Source of the DNA: Dipteris shenzhenensis
Taxonomy: Eukaryota
NCBI GenBank assembly: GCA_047967505.1
Contig: CM106538.1
Strand: one strand, 5' to 3'
Length of the DNA: 64,000 nucleotides
Both the position numbers and the translations under genes were made by a program. Below are positions 49,952 to 62,259 of the stretch, one piece after another (position 1 is the first letter of the stretch; every line of letters begins with the position of its first letter). Under the pieces are notes generated by a model. The model did no database searches. It saw nothing but the letters and a program-made list of their open reading frames with translations, and was not told the origin of the DNA.

Positions 49952-51904
49952 GACAGGGAGAAGGAAGAAGGGGAAAATCGTGGGAGGAGAAGCTGTGATG
50001 TGCTAATCTAGATCCACACCACTGACCTATCGGAATGCAAAACTAATAGCATTCCCATTTTCCACACATAAACCATGAGCTCGATTCTCCATCTTTTGCC
50101 ATCGTGCGCATGTGTATTAGTTTTGACCTACCGACACTAAAACGTGGATCAGAGTAAAATGTGGAACTTGGAACTTGGAAGCAATCGCCTACACTGGTGC
50201 TTTGGCGTGCAATCGCCTGTACCTCAGAAGGGCAGCAAGGTGCCTTTGGTGGAGAGAATGCACCCTCAAACTATAAGCTCTCGTCCATAATACTACCTTC
50301 AAATGAGAGATTTGAAAACAGAGAATCCTTTTGCTCTTAATGTGACGCTTTCCTAGGCATAAGATAGGAGCTCCAGCATTATGATCAGCATTTGCTCTGA
50401 GATCTTGAAACTTCTCTCGGGTGGGAGAATTGTATAAGTGTATCTACTCTACTATCGTTGCATCCGTCGAGGCAATAAGAATTCCGATGGGTTTCTAAAA
50501 CATGGCCTTAGTTGAGGCAAGGATGCCCTAACTCAATTGTCTTGGCATTGAGTATCACAGCAGCTGAGAGCATGGCAACAAGTCACCTATAGATGTGTTG
50601 TCTCCTCTCCCTAGAATGATTAAATGAATTGCTTGAGTGCATTATCAGTATACACAAACATTCCAGGAGCTGGATTGAGATATGTTATCCAATCTTTAAA
50701 TGCATTTTAAAGAGAGAATTTGATAAATTACATGCATCTCATAAATGACGAAGAGCAATTCAAGTGAAACATATAAGTCGGAGCTACAAAGTGAAGCTGT
50801 AGGGAGTAGAAGATCCAAGAGGAAGATGAACGTGCGAGCATTGAGCAGATACTTGCTCAGTCAAGGTGGAGGTGTAGGGAGGAAGGCCAAGGCTTTTGTG
50901 CTGGGGTGCTGCGCCATCTTCGCCATCCTCGTGCTTGCTTCATCGCCAACACAACAACACACAAGCTTTATAAATACACACACTTTTTGCACAGTCATTG
51001 TAGTTGGTTTCCTTCTAGACACGTGGCTCGCTACAGTAACTAGCAACAGTCTTTGAAATTCTCTCTACAAAAAAATAAAATTGTCCTATGGGATACCCAC
51101 CTGTCAAGAATTGGTAACCTACAAGCACTAGAGAGGCAGCACATTGTACCATATTCATTCACAAGTAGAAGGGTCCCAATAGCTCAATTTTTTGGAAAAT
51201 GGTGTAAAAGTAGGAGCTTCTTATCACTATTAAAAAGCACTCCCCGAGAGCCCGAGCTAGGTTCTTCAGGTAAGAACAAAGATGATCGTAGATGTTTTTT
51301 AGTTTTTCAAGCCTACATGCTATTGGATTAAAATTACACACGTGGCTGTAAAGAATGGTCCTTCAATAATCGAATTTCCTTTCAGTCGTGCATGAAATCC
51401 AGTGATTGAATGAGCAAGTGGTTGCAAGCTAAATCAGTTAATTCTATGTGTGACCTCGAAAGTTGATATATTACAAAGCAGAGACATATACTTTGTAAAA
51501 GAGTAAGAGGAGGGGATCGATTCATTGCTTCTAACTAGATATTGTATGCTTTTGTGGTTAATAACTTGTTCTTGTATGCTTTTGTTGTCCAGCTAGTCTC
51601 CTCTCAAGCCCCATCATCTCGTCAAATGCAGCTTCAATTAGCAGCATCACAATCAAGCTTCAGGTATTTTCTATTTTGAAGACTCTTGGGCTTTCTTTGT
51701 ATGCTATTGAATTAATGCCGAGACTTAATTGACCTTGTAAGTCTATTCTATGCCATGTGAGGACTTCTTTTCCCTTGATTTTTTTCAATGCATTTTTGTC
51801 ACATTGGTAGGATGATAAAACTAAAAACTTCTTAGAGGAGGGGGAGAGGTGGAAGAGGAGAACGAGGAGGCAGGAGAGGTGGAAGGACAAGTAGCAAGAA
51901 AAGT

Positions 51905-53600
51905 TTGGAAGTGGAATCTACACCAAGTTTAGAGATTCAAAAAGAGGTTGAAGTTGGAGTTGAAGAGGATAAGGAGATGGAAGACTTTGAAGACACTACA
52001 ATAATTGTGGAGGAATCTTCTAAGAAGAGAAAGAAAGAAGATAAACAACTAGATGAGGAGTTTGAGCAAGAGTTTCCTACTACACTTGATATTGGCTAGG
52101 GGAAGGATGTTATTGAATCTCTTGCAATCAATCCTAAAAAGATTGCTCCCTTGATCCCATTATGTTGTTGTGTTGTAAACACAAGAGTGAGAGGCCTACA
52201 AACTGATATGGATAGCCTAAAGCAAGCTCTAGAGGCTGAAAAATATATTCAACAGAAGGGAATGTTTATTTTATCTACAACACTTCCAGATGGTGTTTGA
52301 CAAGAGGTGACAGATAAACCTGAACAATCATGGGATTCTTGTTGGAGGGATGTAAATGCAGAGTTTGAGGCACAGATTGTTGATGATGCTGATTGGTCAT
52401 TTTTATCTCAAAAGATGTTTTTTGTGTGGGAGGGGAATCACTGTACTATTGCATGGATGTCTCTAATTGAAGAGAAATTCAAGACATCAAAGGCATGACA
52501 TATTCAAGTTTTAGCAAGTTTTATTACTCCAGAGAAAGAAATAGAAATGAAGCTAATAGCTACTCTTCAAAGGTTCAATCTGTAAGTGCGAGTTAGAAGA
52601 GGTTTCTTGCTTATATGTGTTACCTTTTTTCGAGCTTTTAAGGATTTTGCAAACAATTCTTAATATGTTTGAAGCTATATATTTTTTATTTTTCAGCCTC
52701 AATGAAGTAGCAATTATTAAAACAAATCTCAAGGATTATTTGTACAACACGAAGACAATGTGTTCGTGTGACGAGAATGAGTACTTATTACTTTTTTCTT
52801 AGGAAGAAAAAAAGACACTTGAAAACCATAGGGCAAATGAAAGCAATAAAGGATCAAGTACTTGGTATCCTTTGACATCTCTGATGCTAGGGAGAATGGT
52901 ATTTGCAGTAAGTTTCATACCATTTATCATGGATGTCTTTCGAATTAGAACTAACTAATTCATTGTACTCATTCATTTCTTTGGAATATATTTTATCCAC
53001 TATACAAGCAAGATTATGAGGCAAATCTAAAGGAACTTCAACCAAGTTTGAGTGTTGCCGATATGGAGAAAGCACTTAAAAGTATTCGAAAGGATGTGAA
53101 TCAAGTATGGTCGAAAAATGATCAAGATATGGTTTATTTAATGATTCTTAACATAAAGTTGATTTTTTAAAGCGTTTCAGTGTTTTTTGAGATTGAGAAA
53201 GAACTCTAATATTAAAAAAGGATGTGAATATGATGTTTGTTTAGAAAATGATCAAGGTATGGGATATGCATGTATTCTATGATTAGAAAATACAGTTGAG
53301 TGTGACGAGTGCATGTATTGTTTATATGTAGATTCTGTCTATTATCAAACCAACAAATGGTGAAAATTGGTTTAATATCTTGTTGAGCCTCCCATTTGAT
53401 GATAGATCATCCATTGTCACATTGGAAAAGTTGTATAACATCTCCATTACAAAAGTCTCAAAGGAGACAACTAGCAACCCTCAGAATCTTAAGGTCAAAT
53501 TCAAATTTGAGAACAAGTTATGGAATGCCAAAAGCTTATAGAGAATTCATAAAGTGGATGGCGAAAGAGGCATGGAATTATTTGATGTTCTTTCATAGAT
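51905..53600 (+). pseudogene. ParB/Sulfiredoxin-like multi-exon gene, copy 2 (3' part replaced by Copia sequence)
   Basis: GKDVI...IPLCCCVVNTRVRGL..LKQAL...KGMFIL...QKMFFVWEGNHCTIAW (52427-52444); LQRFNL|gtaagt; LNEVAIIK...WYPLT..LGRMVFA|gtaagt; ILSII.P..G..W...SIVTLEKL. The first intron positions match copy 1. Confidence 0.85.
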
Positions 53601-53626
53601 CGACGGTTGGTATAGATCTAGATCAG

Positions 53627-55680
53627 AGTAGACTAGATCGCCATAGAGGGGATGCTTTGAATTTCCCCAAGTTACCAATCTAAGCCATGCCCGAAATTCT
53701 TGACTAGTACCTACTCGGAGTCAGTCCATACACTCACATACGGTTTCACATCATTACATTACTTGAAACCTTATGTTCATCAGTTCAGTGGAGCAGACTT
53801 CAGAGAGTAAAGAGGCATTGCAGATTGTCTTAGTGGGTAGATAGCACTTGATTTCACACACACATGCCACCATTGTAAAGCCTATTTGGCTATCTCACGG
53901 CATCGTGCACATCATTTTAGCCTTGTAAAGCCTCTTGGCTATTCCCGGCATCATTGCCACAAGCCTTGTAATACAAATCAGATTTTATTGTAGTTCTATC
54001 TTCACCGACGGTTGAGAGATTTCACTTGGCACAGTTAGTGTATTTGCAGTTGATTCATACAAAGATTTTCTCGACACTTTTGAGTACATTTTTTGCACCA
54101 TGTGTACAACTAGCAACCTCAATCTGGAGGCATCTGCTAAGTTAGACAACTCCAATTACGTTACATGGATATACCGCATGGAGACCATTCTTGTACTTCA
54201 GGACAAATGGGAGTATGTCAATGGGTCTACACCTAGACCATTGGATGATCGAGCCACAAGTAGCTCTACTCCATTTGTTGTCACAGCACTAGCAACAGGA
54301 TCTACAACTACACAAATAGTTTTCGCACCAGTAGCAGATCCTGCCATTGCCCGAGCTCAAGCAAAATGGGATAAGAAAAATAAGTATGCCTATCATCTGA
54401 TCAAGTAGAATGTGCAAGATGTCATGCTAGGACAACTCAACACATTCAAGACATCAAAAGAAGCATGGGATATGTTTGCAGCTCTCTACGAGTCCAAGAA
54501 CACATCCAGGATTCTCACCCTATAAAACCAGATCAACCAGAGTTTTCGCAATAGCAGTGAAACCGGTCATGCTTATGTACTCTGCATCAAAGACTACAAC
54601 AATCAACTTACATAGCAGGAGAGACTATGAACCCCACAGAAATGGTTCAAGTCATTCTGAATGGACTAGGAGAGAAATACGAGAATCTAGTCTAGAGTAT
54701 TGCCATCTAACGACAAATTCTGACACCGAAAGAACTTCAATCAATCCTACTTGGTGAAGAACTCAAGACTCAGGCCATCCAAGCACAAAAAGGTCATTCT
54801 AATGATCAGGCATTCATAGCTTCAGACAGAAGCAGAGGTAGAGGCAGAGGTAGATAATTCCAAAAAAGTGGTCATCATCAACAACAAAATCAGAATCAGC
54901 ATCAGCATCATCCTCAGCAATATCGGAATCAGCAAAGAGGAAATCATTCCAACCGAGGAAGATTTCAAGGACAAGGGAATGCATCCACCAATGTGTCAAA
55001 CATTCACTGCAACTACTGTCACAAGTTTGGACACTATGAAAGAGATTGCTGCAAGAAGCAGTACAACCAAGGCGGTCAAGGGAATTTTGAGGTAGAGGAA
55101 ATCATCGTGGTGGACATTCTAGTCACAGTCATTTTGCAAATGAACATGGAAATATGTTTCTTGCAAGCGAGGAAATGCATTAGATTGATACAGTGTACCC
55201 AGACAGTGTACCCAGACACTAATTTCAATCCCAAAGAGGATTATAGCTATCAAGTCGACCAAGTGGAACAAGATCCTTGGTACATCAACAACGGTGCATC
55301 ATCTCACATGACAAATCATTAGGAATGGTTCACAAAAATGAAGCCATTAGAAGGACAGAAAAATGTCATCTACACAGCAGACAATACACCAAATCCAGTT
55401 CAAGGGACAGGCGTTATCCCTATGAACAATTTCATTGGTACGAAAGGATTGGTGAAAGATGTGCTCTATGTTTTGAAGCTTAGCAAGAACCTTTTGTCAC
55501 AGTAGGTCAAATGACAAAACACAATTACAGAGTCATCTTCAATGGTGATGAATGCACTATCAGAGATAAATCCACCAAAAGATGTCAGCTAGTAGCAAAA
55601 GGTGTCAAGGAAGGACCCTTATACATAATGCTAGCTACAATACCAAATAAGCATGCCATGTCAACTCAACCACAATAGAT
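53627..55680 (+). mobile_element. Ty1/Copia 5' leader, gag and protease remnant
   Basis: KLDNSNYVTWIYRMETILVLQDKWEYV (gag N-terminus), SKEAWD, zinc knuckle CNYCHKFGHYERDC, protease WYINNGASSHMT, VKDVLYV..L.KNLLS. Confidence 0.9.
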
Positions 55681-56329
55681 GCCACTATCTCTGCTTTGTT
55701 CTTTCATCAATAGATGCATTTTTTTCTAATGTTGGAGGATGTTGTTGGTGAGCCTTATGTATTCTTGACAAGTACATCAAGCACATCATTAGTAGCAAGT
55801 TATTTTTTAATCATTGAATACAAAATTTTTTCAAGCAATCCAAACGGTCCAAAGTGTAGTAGCTCATATAAGGTTCTACTTGTGGTAGGTGATTTATGCA
55901 GTTGGAAAGGTACTTGCCATGGTAGGAAGGTCTCTGCTTGTCTAGTTTCTAGACAATCCAAGAAAGAGTGCAAGCCATAAAAATGTGGACTATGTCTTCT
56001 TTATGGTGTCTACAATATATACACCTTCCATCTGATTTGCCAATATTTTGGTCACATGAATTAGTCCACACAATTTGATGAATAATGTGCCACAATAATA
56101 TATATTATTTCTCGAGCATGTTTTGTTCCAAATCTTTTGGAAATGAAACTCTCTTCCAATTTTTAAATCATATGCCAACGGAGATCTTCCATGAAAGCAT
56201 GAACTACCTAGCAAAAGAGGCGTATGGTGAATTTTCGATGAGCTAAATCGACCTTTGAGGGAAGCTATCCTGGAGACCCATATGATCAGACTTTATACCA
56301 ACAGGCTATGGGTTGTTTATTTATTTATG

Positions 56330-57736
56330 AAACACGAAGGAATAAGAGAAGAGAGGAGAAGAGGAGTAACATAAGAGAGGAGGGAAAGAAAGTAGGATAG
56401 AAAGAGAGAAAGAATGAGAGAAAGAGAGTTGAAAGAGAGGAGAGGAAGAGAGCCAAAAGAAGAGAAATAAGAATAGAGAAAGAAAGAAATAAATATGAGC
56501 AAAAGAGGAGGAGAAGAAGAAGTGGAAGAAGGAAGAAAGAAGAATGTCATCATTTTGTGGACATGGATTTCAATCTATTTGAGGGATCACATGTAGCAAT
56601 TACATAGTGGCACATCTCTTCAAACCATCCATTGATGCTTGGGGACTAAAAGGGAGCTTCAAAGTCTTTTGTCTCACAATTTTAAATGTATTTTGAATCC
56701 TTTGCTTCCTTATCTTCATTTTCAAACTTCCGTCATCACTTTTATTGCTCTCATCATCAGCACTATTGCCATGGCTACTTCATACCAAATCATTATGGCT
56801 ATTAGTGAAGATAGAGGTACTGAGATGAACAGCTGTCCCATACCCAAATCAACATATAACCATCTAATCCATACACACTCAATGGTAGTTGTGAATGCTA
56901 CCCTATATTAGTAAGAGGCCACTGCACTTTTCTTCTTGCTTTACCAAAGAATGTATGAATTTTTCCCAAGAAGAAGCAAAAACTAGAAGTGGACACATGT
57001 CAAAATAGTCGGCCCAATTTGAGTCACAAATGGGCAGATTGAACCCCTTGGGATAGGAAAAACCAAGGTTCCAAGTAGCTTGCAAATAGCACAGCATCAT
57101 CTGCTTCACGATTTGCCAAATTTTACTCCTTGGGCTATGCAGAAATGTACTCAACTATGACACCCCATATTGTATGTCCATACATGGTACATGTAAAAAT
57201 TGAAGGTTGAGTCTACGCCTTGATTCTTGCTACATAATGCTAAACACTTAATATCACTTATATGGATTTCATCTTAATGATATCGTGGTGTATGCAATGA
57301 CATGGGTCACTTTTCTTGTGACCTGAGAAAAGTGAAAGAAGGAGAAGAGGGAAAGAGGAGAAAATAAGAAGAGAAGGAGGAGAAAGAAGAAGGAAAGGAA
57401 GAAAGTGGAGAGCAGAAGAGGAATAAGAAGTAGATGAATAAGAAGAGGAGAAGAAGAAAGAGTAAAGGATGAGAAGAAGGAGAGAAAGAGTGAGGGAAAG
57501 AGAGCTAAAAGAGAGGAAAAGAGGAGAGGAAGAGAGCCCAAAGAAGATGAGGAAGGAGAAGAGGGAGGAAAAAGAGCAGAGAAAGAGAGGAAAAGAGTGT
57601 AGAGAAAGAGAGGAGAGAGAGAGAGAGACAAAAGAGAGGAAAAGAGGAGAGGAAGAGAGCTAAAAGAAGAGAAATAAGAATAGAGGAATAAGAGGAATAT
57701 GAAGAGATAAAGAAAGAAAGAAAGAAAGAGCAAAAG

Positions 57737-57768
<32 letters not shown>

Positions 57769-57800
57769 ATACATGCACACAAATATATATATATATTTAT
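56330..57800 (+). repeat. GA-rich low-complexity tracts (56330-56545, 57325-57730) plus (CA)n/(TA)n
   Basis: Almost purine-only strand. The block gaggagaggaagagag(c/ct)aaaagaagagaaataagaatagag occurs in both tracts. Confidence 0.85.
56903..57154 (-). mobile_element. Copia RT/RNaseH junction remnant
   Basis: WQIVKQMMLCYLQATWNLGFSY...CDSNWAD resembles the consensus W.AVKRILRYLKGT...GL.Y...DSDWAG. Confidence 0.6.
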
Positions 57801-57944
57801 ATAAACATTCTTTCTTACATATGTAATTGATATTATTTAATCATATTTTTTGTTACATCATAATGTCTTAACACCTAATCATCTTGTGTCTTCTAAATCA
57901 TTATTTTTCCAACGTAATTTCTTATTTGGTCCTTAATTACCAAT

Positions 57945-59220
57945 CATGGGTGTGGATTACCCCCCATCATCATCATCATTAATTCAATTGAAAGAGGTAT
58001 TTTTTCTCCTCACAAGAGGAAGTTTTTCACATAAAGAGGTGGATCATTCCATGGTTTGCTTTAAATTTATAATTTTAGTTTTCACTAAAGGGTCTTTTAC
58101 ACATAAGATAACCCCTTCTTTTATATTACAAAAATAAACTTTTTTAATATATACTATAGAATCTAGAGGGTTGTTCTTGTTCTTAGGTAAAGCAATAACA
58201 AGCCCAGGAGCACATGCATTACCTCTCTACCCAAATCAAGCTATTTTGTTCTAACATATGGTTTATTTGGATGGTGGCAAGTAACTGGACCCTAACCTTG
58301 GAGCTTGGACTACCTGATGGATTTAACACCTTGTTTCAAACTTGTGTTCCTTTCCCATACTCAATATTTAGTATAAATTCTCATTTTGTCAGAATTTTGG
58401 CAAAACTCTCCAATTTGTTGCAACTTTGAACCTAGATGTCTCAAATATTTTTGTCCTTGTCTCCTATGTAACCTTCTATCCAAATTATGGAATTAATTGT
58501 ATGGCTCATTTATTGACGGGACTATTAAATCTAAACACACACACCGATTTTCCCAACTAGCCTTTGATTGGGCGAGTTCCATATAGTTAATTCACATTCC
58601 TTTGGATAATTCTTTAGTATGGCTGATTCTTAGTCATATTGTGAGCCTCCTTACTAATTATTTAATCTATCTTGTAGAACCATTGCAAACTCAATAAAAA
58701 TAAAATCTCTTATCTACACCACTCAGAGTTTTTCATCCTTTGGCCAATACTGGTAGATTATGATGTCTCTAGCTACCATACTAATTTTTTGGCTGCAATA
58801 TAGTCAAAATTTCTTCAATTTAGTTTTCTCAAATATTTCAATCCATTTTTTAATAATTATCCAAATGATTGAATTAATTATATAGTTCATTTACTAATGG
58901 GATTGCTAAATCTAAACATACACATGGATCTCCCAACTAGCCTTTGGTTGGCCTAGTACAATTGAATTGATTCATAGTCATAGGATAGTTTAGGCATGGG
59001 ATAAGTCTTTGTCATTATGTAATGTTTTAATTTTCTTTCCTATGATTACTAATTATTACTTTTTATGTGCATAAACATTGGTTCCACCCCACTATGAAAT
59101 TGGGTGCATCACAAATGGCATAACTTTTCAATCACTTTTGACACTTATCATATAGATCCATTTTTTACATATACTATTAGGTGGGGAGTAAGTTCCACAT
59201 GGTGGGATTACTCCCCACCA
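57945..59220 (+). repeat. Interspersed repeat (homolog of 7115-7700) with an internal ~390-bp-spaced direct repeat and a terminal GC-rich hairpin
   Basis: Homology to 7115-7700. Segment ~58467-58570 recurs at ~58858-58950. Hairpin arms ggtggggagtaa / ttactccccacc at 59180-59219. Confidence 0.65.
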
Positions 59221-59399
59221 TGTGTTTAACCCTGTGGGTTCGGGTGGGGGGACACACACACACACACTTTATGCATGATGAGCCAAAGTAATGGGACAAT
59301 TTCTTGTCCCATTACAAGACAAATCTGTTTCTCCACTTATAGGCATTGTCAGCTAACTTCCATCTTCTATTCAACGTAGTGGAAAGCTAATCAATGGAG

Positions 59400-62255
59400 T
59401 AGGTATAGGTAGAAAGTGGGGACTTCCAACCCAATTGAATCCCTATCATAAATCAAAACTCTACCCCCTTTCCAGGTGAGGTCATGGTCTCATAGTTCTA
59501 TTCTACTCATAACAATTGCCTGATCTTGATTGGATAATCTAAATTCTCTTCTAATCTCATGCCATTCTTTCCATTTGATGTTTTTTATACGCAAGCCCTT
59601 TTTTTGAAAAGTTGCCAAGCTTTTATCAAGTCAGCATTATTTAACGGTTGATTTTTGAAAAGTACCCATACCCAAATGGAATCTAATCCCATGAATGAAC
59701 CTTTACTAGAGTAAAGCCAATGTCCTTTTATTTGTTTGAAAGCATACCATAGGGATTTCCATAACTGGCTCCCCCTAGTTGTACATGGTTTTGGGTTACA
59801 AATGGTAGAGAGCATGGGGAAGTCTCTCCATTTGGGCGCTCATACTGGTTTAACAAACTTAAAATCCCAAAGTAGTAGATTGGCCCAATCCAAGTTAGGA
59901 TTATTTGTTGCTTTTATAATCCATGTGGTTGCTTTTTATAATCCATGCTACTGCTAACTTAAAAGCAGATTGTTAGATGTTAATAACATCCATGCCTCCT
60001 TCATCTTTGGGTCTAGTACAAAATGCCCACTTGAATTTAGAAATCCTTCTTCTAGAATCACTGCCCCCCCACAAGAAAGATTTGCATATTATGATAAACT
60101 TTTCCAGGCCAGTTGGTGAGGGGCACCAACAAAGACAACTAAAAGATAGAGATAGGGTAAACATAATGATTTAGGAATACTCTTCTTCTTGTCAGATTGG
60201 CTTGGAAACCCCAAGCTTAGTTCTAAGTCTGTTTAAGAACCAATCTTACCTTGATTTCATACTGACCTTGAACCCCATGGGAATTCCTAAGATTTTGGAG
60301 GTTCGACCTGGTGGGATTTTTTTGCAATCCTTTGACTTTAACTATTCTTGGTCTTTTCCTAAAAGTATAGCATACCCCATTTTAAGATGATTAACTTTTG
60401 ACCCAAAAGCAAGACAAAAAATCTCCACACAGTTCAAGGCATTTTCAATGCACCGAGAAGTGTTGCTGATAGTGAGATTAGTGTCATCTATAAACTATTG
60501 GTTCACTAAGTGTTTCCTTGAGGGAAATTCAATTCCTTTGATGGCTTCCTTGTCCACTTGATCCTGTATCAGCTACCCCAACAAATCTGCTACAATTGCA
60601 AACAAAAGAGGATCAAGAGGACATCCTTTTCTAATGGATCTCTTTAACATAAAGATTTGAGACATTTCTCCATTAATACAAAGCTTGGCAGAAACATTTG
60701 TGAGAAGTAGTTTTACAAAGGAGGTGAACACGTGGTCCTATGCCCCAATCTTGAATAGATTATACCAGGAAGTCCCAATTTCATCTATCATGAGCCTTAT
60801 CAAAATTAATTTTGATAAAACAAATATCCTGGTTTGTATCCTCTGCATGAGCACATCCCTCCCACAAATTTATAATGGCCTCCAAGAGGCGTCTGCCTTT
60901 TATGAAACCTTTTTGCTCTTGTAGAATCCATTTCTCCATTTTGTTCTTTAGTCTTGTGCTAAAGCTTTGGGAAAGATTTTGTAGCTACGATTGAGCATTG
61001 TCAAGGGTCTCCAATTCTATTCTCTCACCCACTTTTGGTATCAGCTTAACCACTCCTCCATTTAACCGATCTGATAGGTTGCCCACTACCACGCACTCCT
61101 ACCAAAGCTTGAGTAAGCAAGGTCCAATAGTCTCTCAAAAGGTTTTATACAATTTTATTACTAGACCATCTTCGCCAGGCATTTTGCCATTTGCCATAGC
61201 AAAGGCTACTTCTTTGAGCTCTTGTAGTGTAAACTCCAAGTCAAGTATTTTATCTAGGTTTGAGACCATTTTTTTTCTTAACTGCTACTGACACTTTTGG
61301 CACACTTCTAATACATGACAATCAGCATTATCACGAGTGCTCAACATCCCTTGGAAATAGTTTACAATAAACATATTCTCCTTAATTGAGGAGACAAAGG
61401 ACAACTGATCTTTCATAAGGAAAGGAATCTCATCATGGGATCTATTCTTCCTAATTAAATTGAACCTCTTGCTTGTTGGTCTACCTATTTTTCTAGCTCA
61501 CCACTCTTTCAAGTTAATGCTTGCATTTTGAAGTTTGCATCGTTCCTGATAACAGATTTCCTTCTTCTTGTTCAGTAGCTATTTTTGAGCCTCAATATCT
61601 AAAATCCTTGCTTTCCTTTCCAGTTCCTCTAATTCTTCCTTTAATCTACCCATTCTTTGAGCTCTAATGATTGCCCTATGTTTCCTGGCTACTTTTAAAA
61701 CTTGTTCAGTGTTAGATACATCCTCTATCCAACCTTGTGAGCAAGTTTTAGCCGAGTAGAAAATTGTATTATAAATACTAGAAATGTCTTGCTATGGATA
61801 GACCGGATGCTAAAGAGAGAGGGACTAGGCTTAAACCAAGAGCTACCCTTTTTACCTGAGCCAAAGTCAACAATCCAAGAAAAAGCCAATTTATGATATG
61901 AGAGAGTGAGGGATGAGAATATTTTGCTCCTCTTATCCATGGATTGTTCTAAGACTGACTGGGCAACATTTACTCGTCAAGCTTGGCTTCCCTTCTTAAT
62001 TCTCCAATTTGTCTATTACATGAAGTGAAAGTACCAGTTTCCCCTATGTCAATCAGTTGTGAGTTCTCCTTGAGCTCTTCCCAAATCTAAAGCTCAGTGC
62101 CCCTCAAAATAGATCCTTTCTTCATCCATCTATCCTCTACAAATTCAACCATATTAAAGTTTCCTAAAAGCACACAGTTACTCTCTAGCACTTGAAGTAA
62201 CTCCGAGGTCAATTGGAGCATAGACTAAAGCTGCAGTAAAAGAGACATTTCTGAT
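59400..62255 (-). mobile_element. L1-clade LINE ORF2 pseudogene (endonuclease C-terminal half and RT)
   Basis: CVLLGNFNMV; MANGKMPGEDG; VKLIPK..NWRPLTMLNRSYKIF.KAL; RSIRKGCPLDPLLF; Q*FIDDT (YADD); FLWGG...KWAFCTRPKDEGG. Confidence 0.88.
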
Positions 62256-62259
62256 CCTA

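Noticed and set aside
56317-57780. Leu/Ser/Phe-rich 'membrane protein' ORFs and an Arg/Glu-rich ORF
   Set aside because: These are translations of GA/CT low-complexity tracts.
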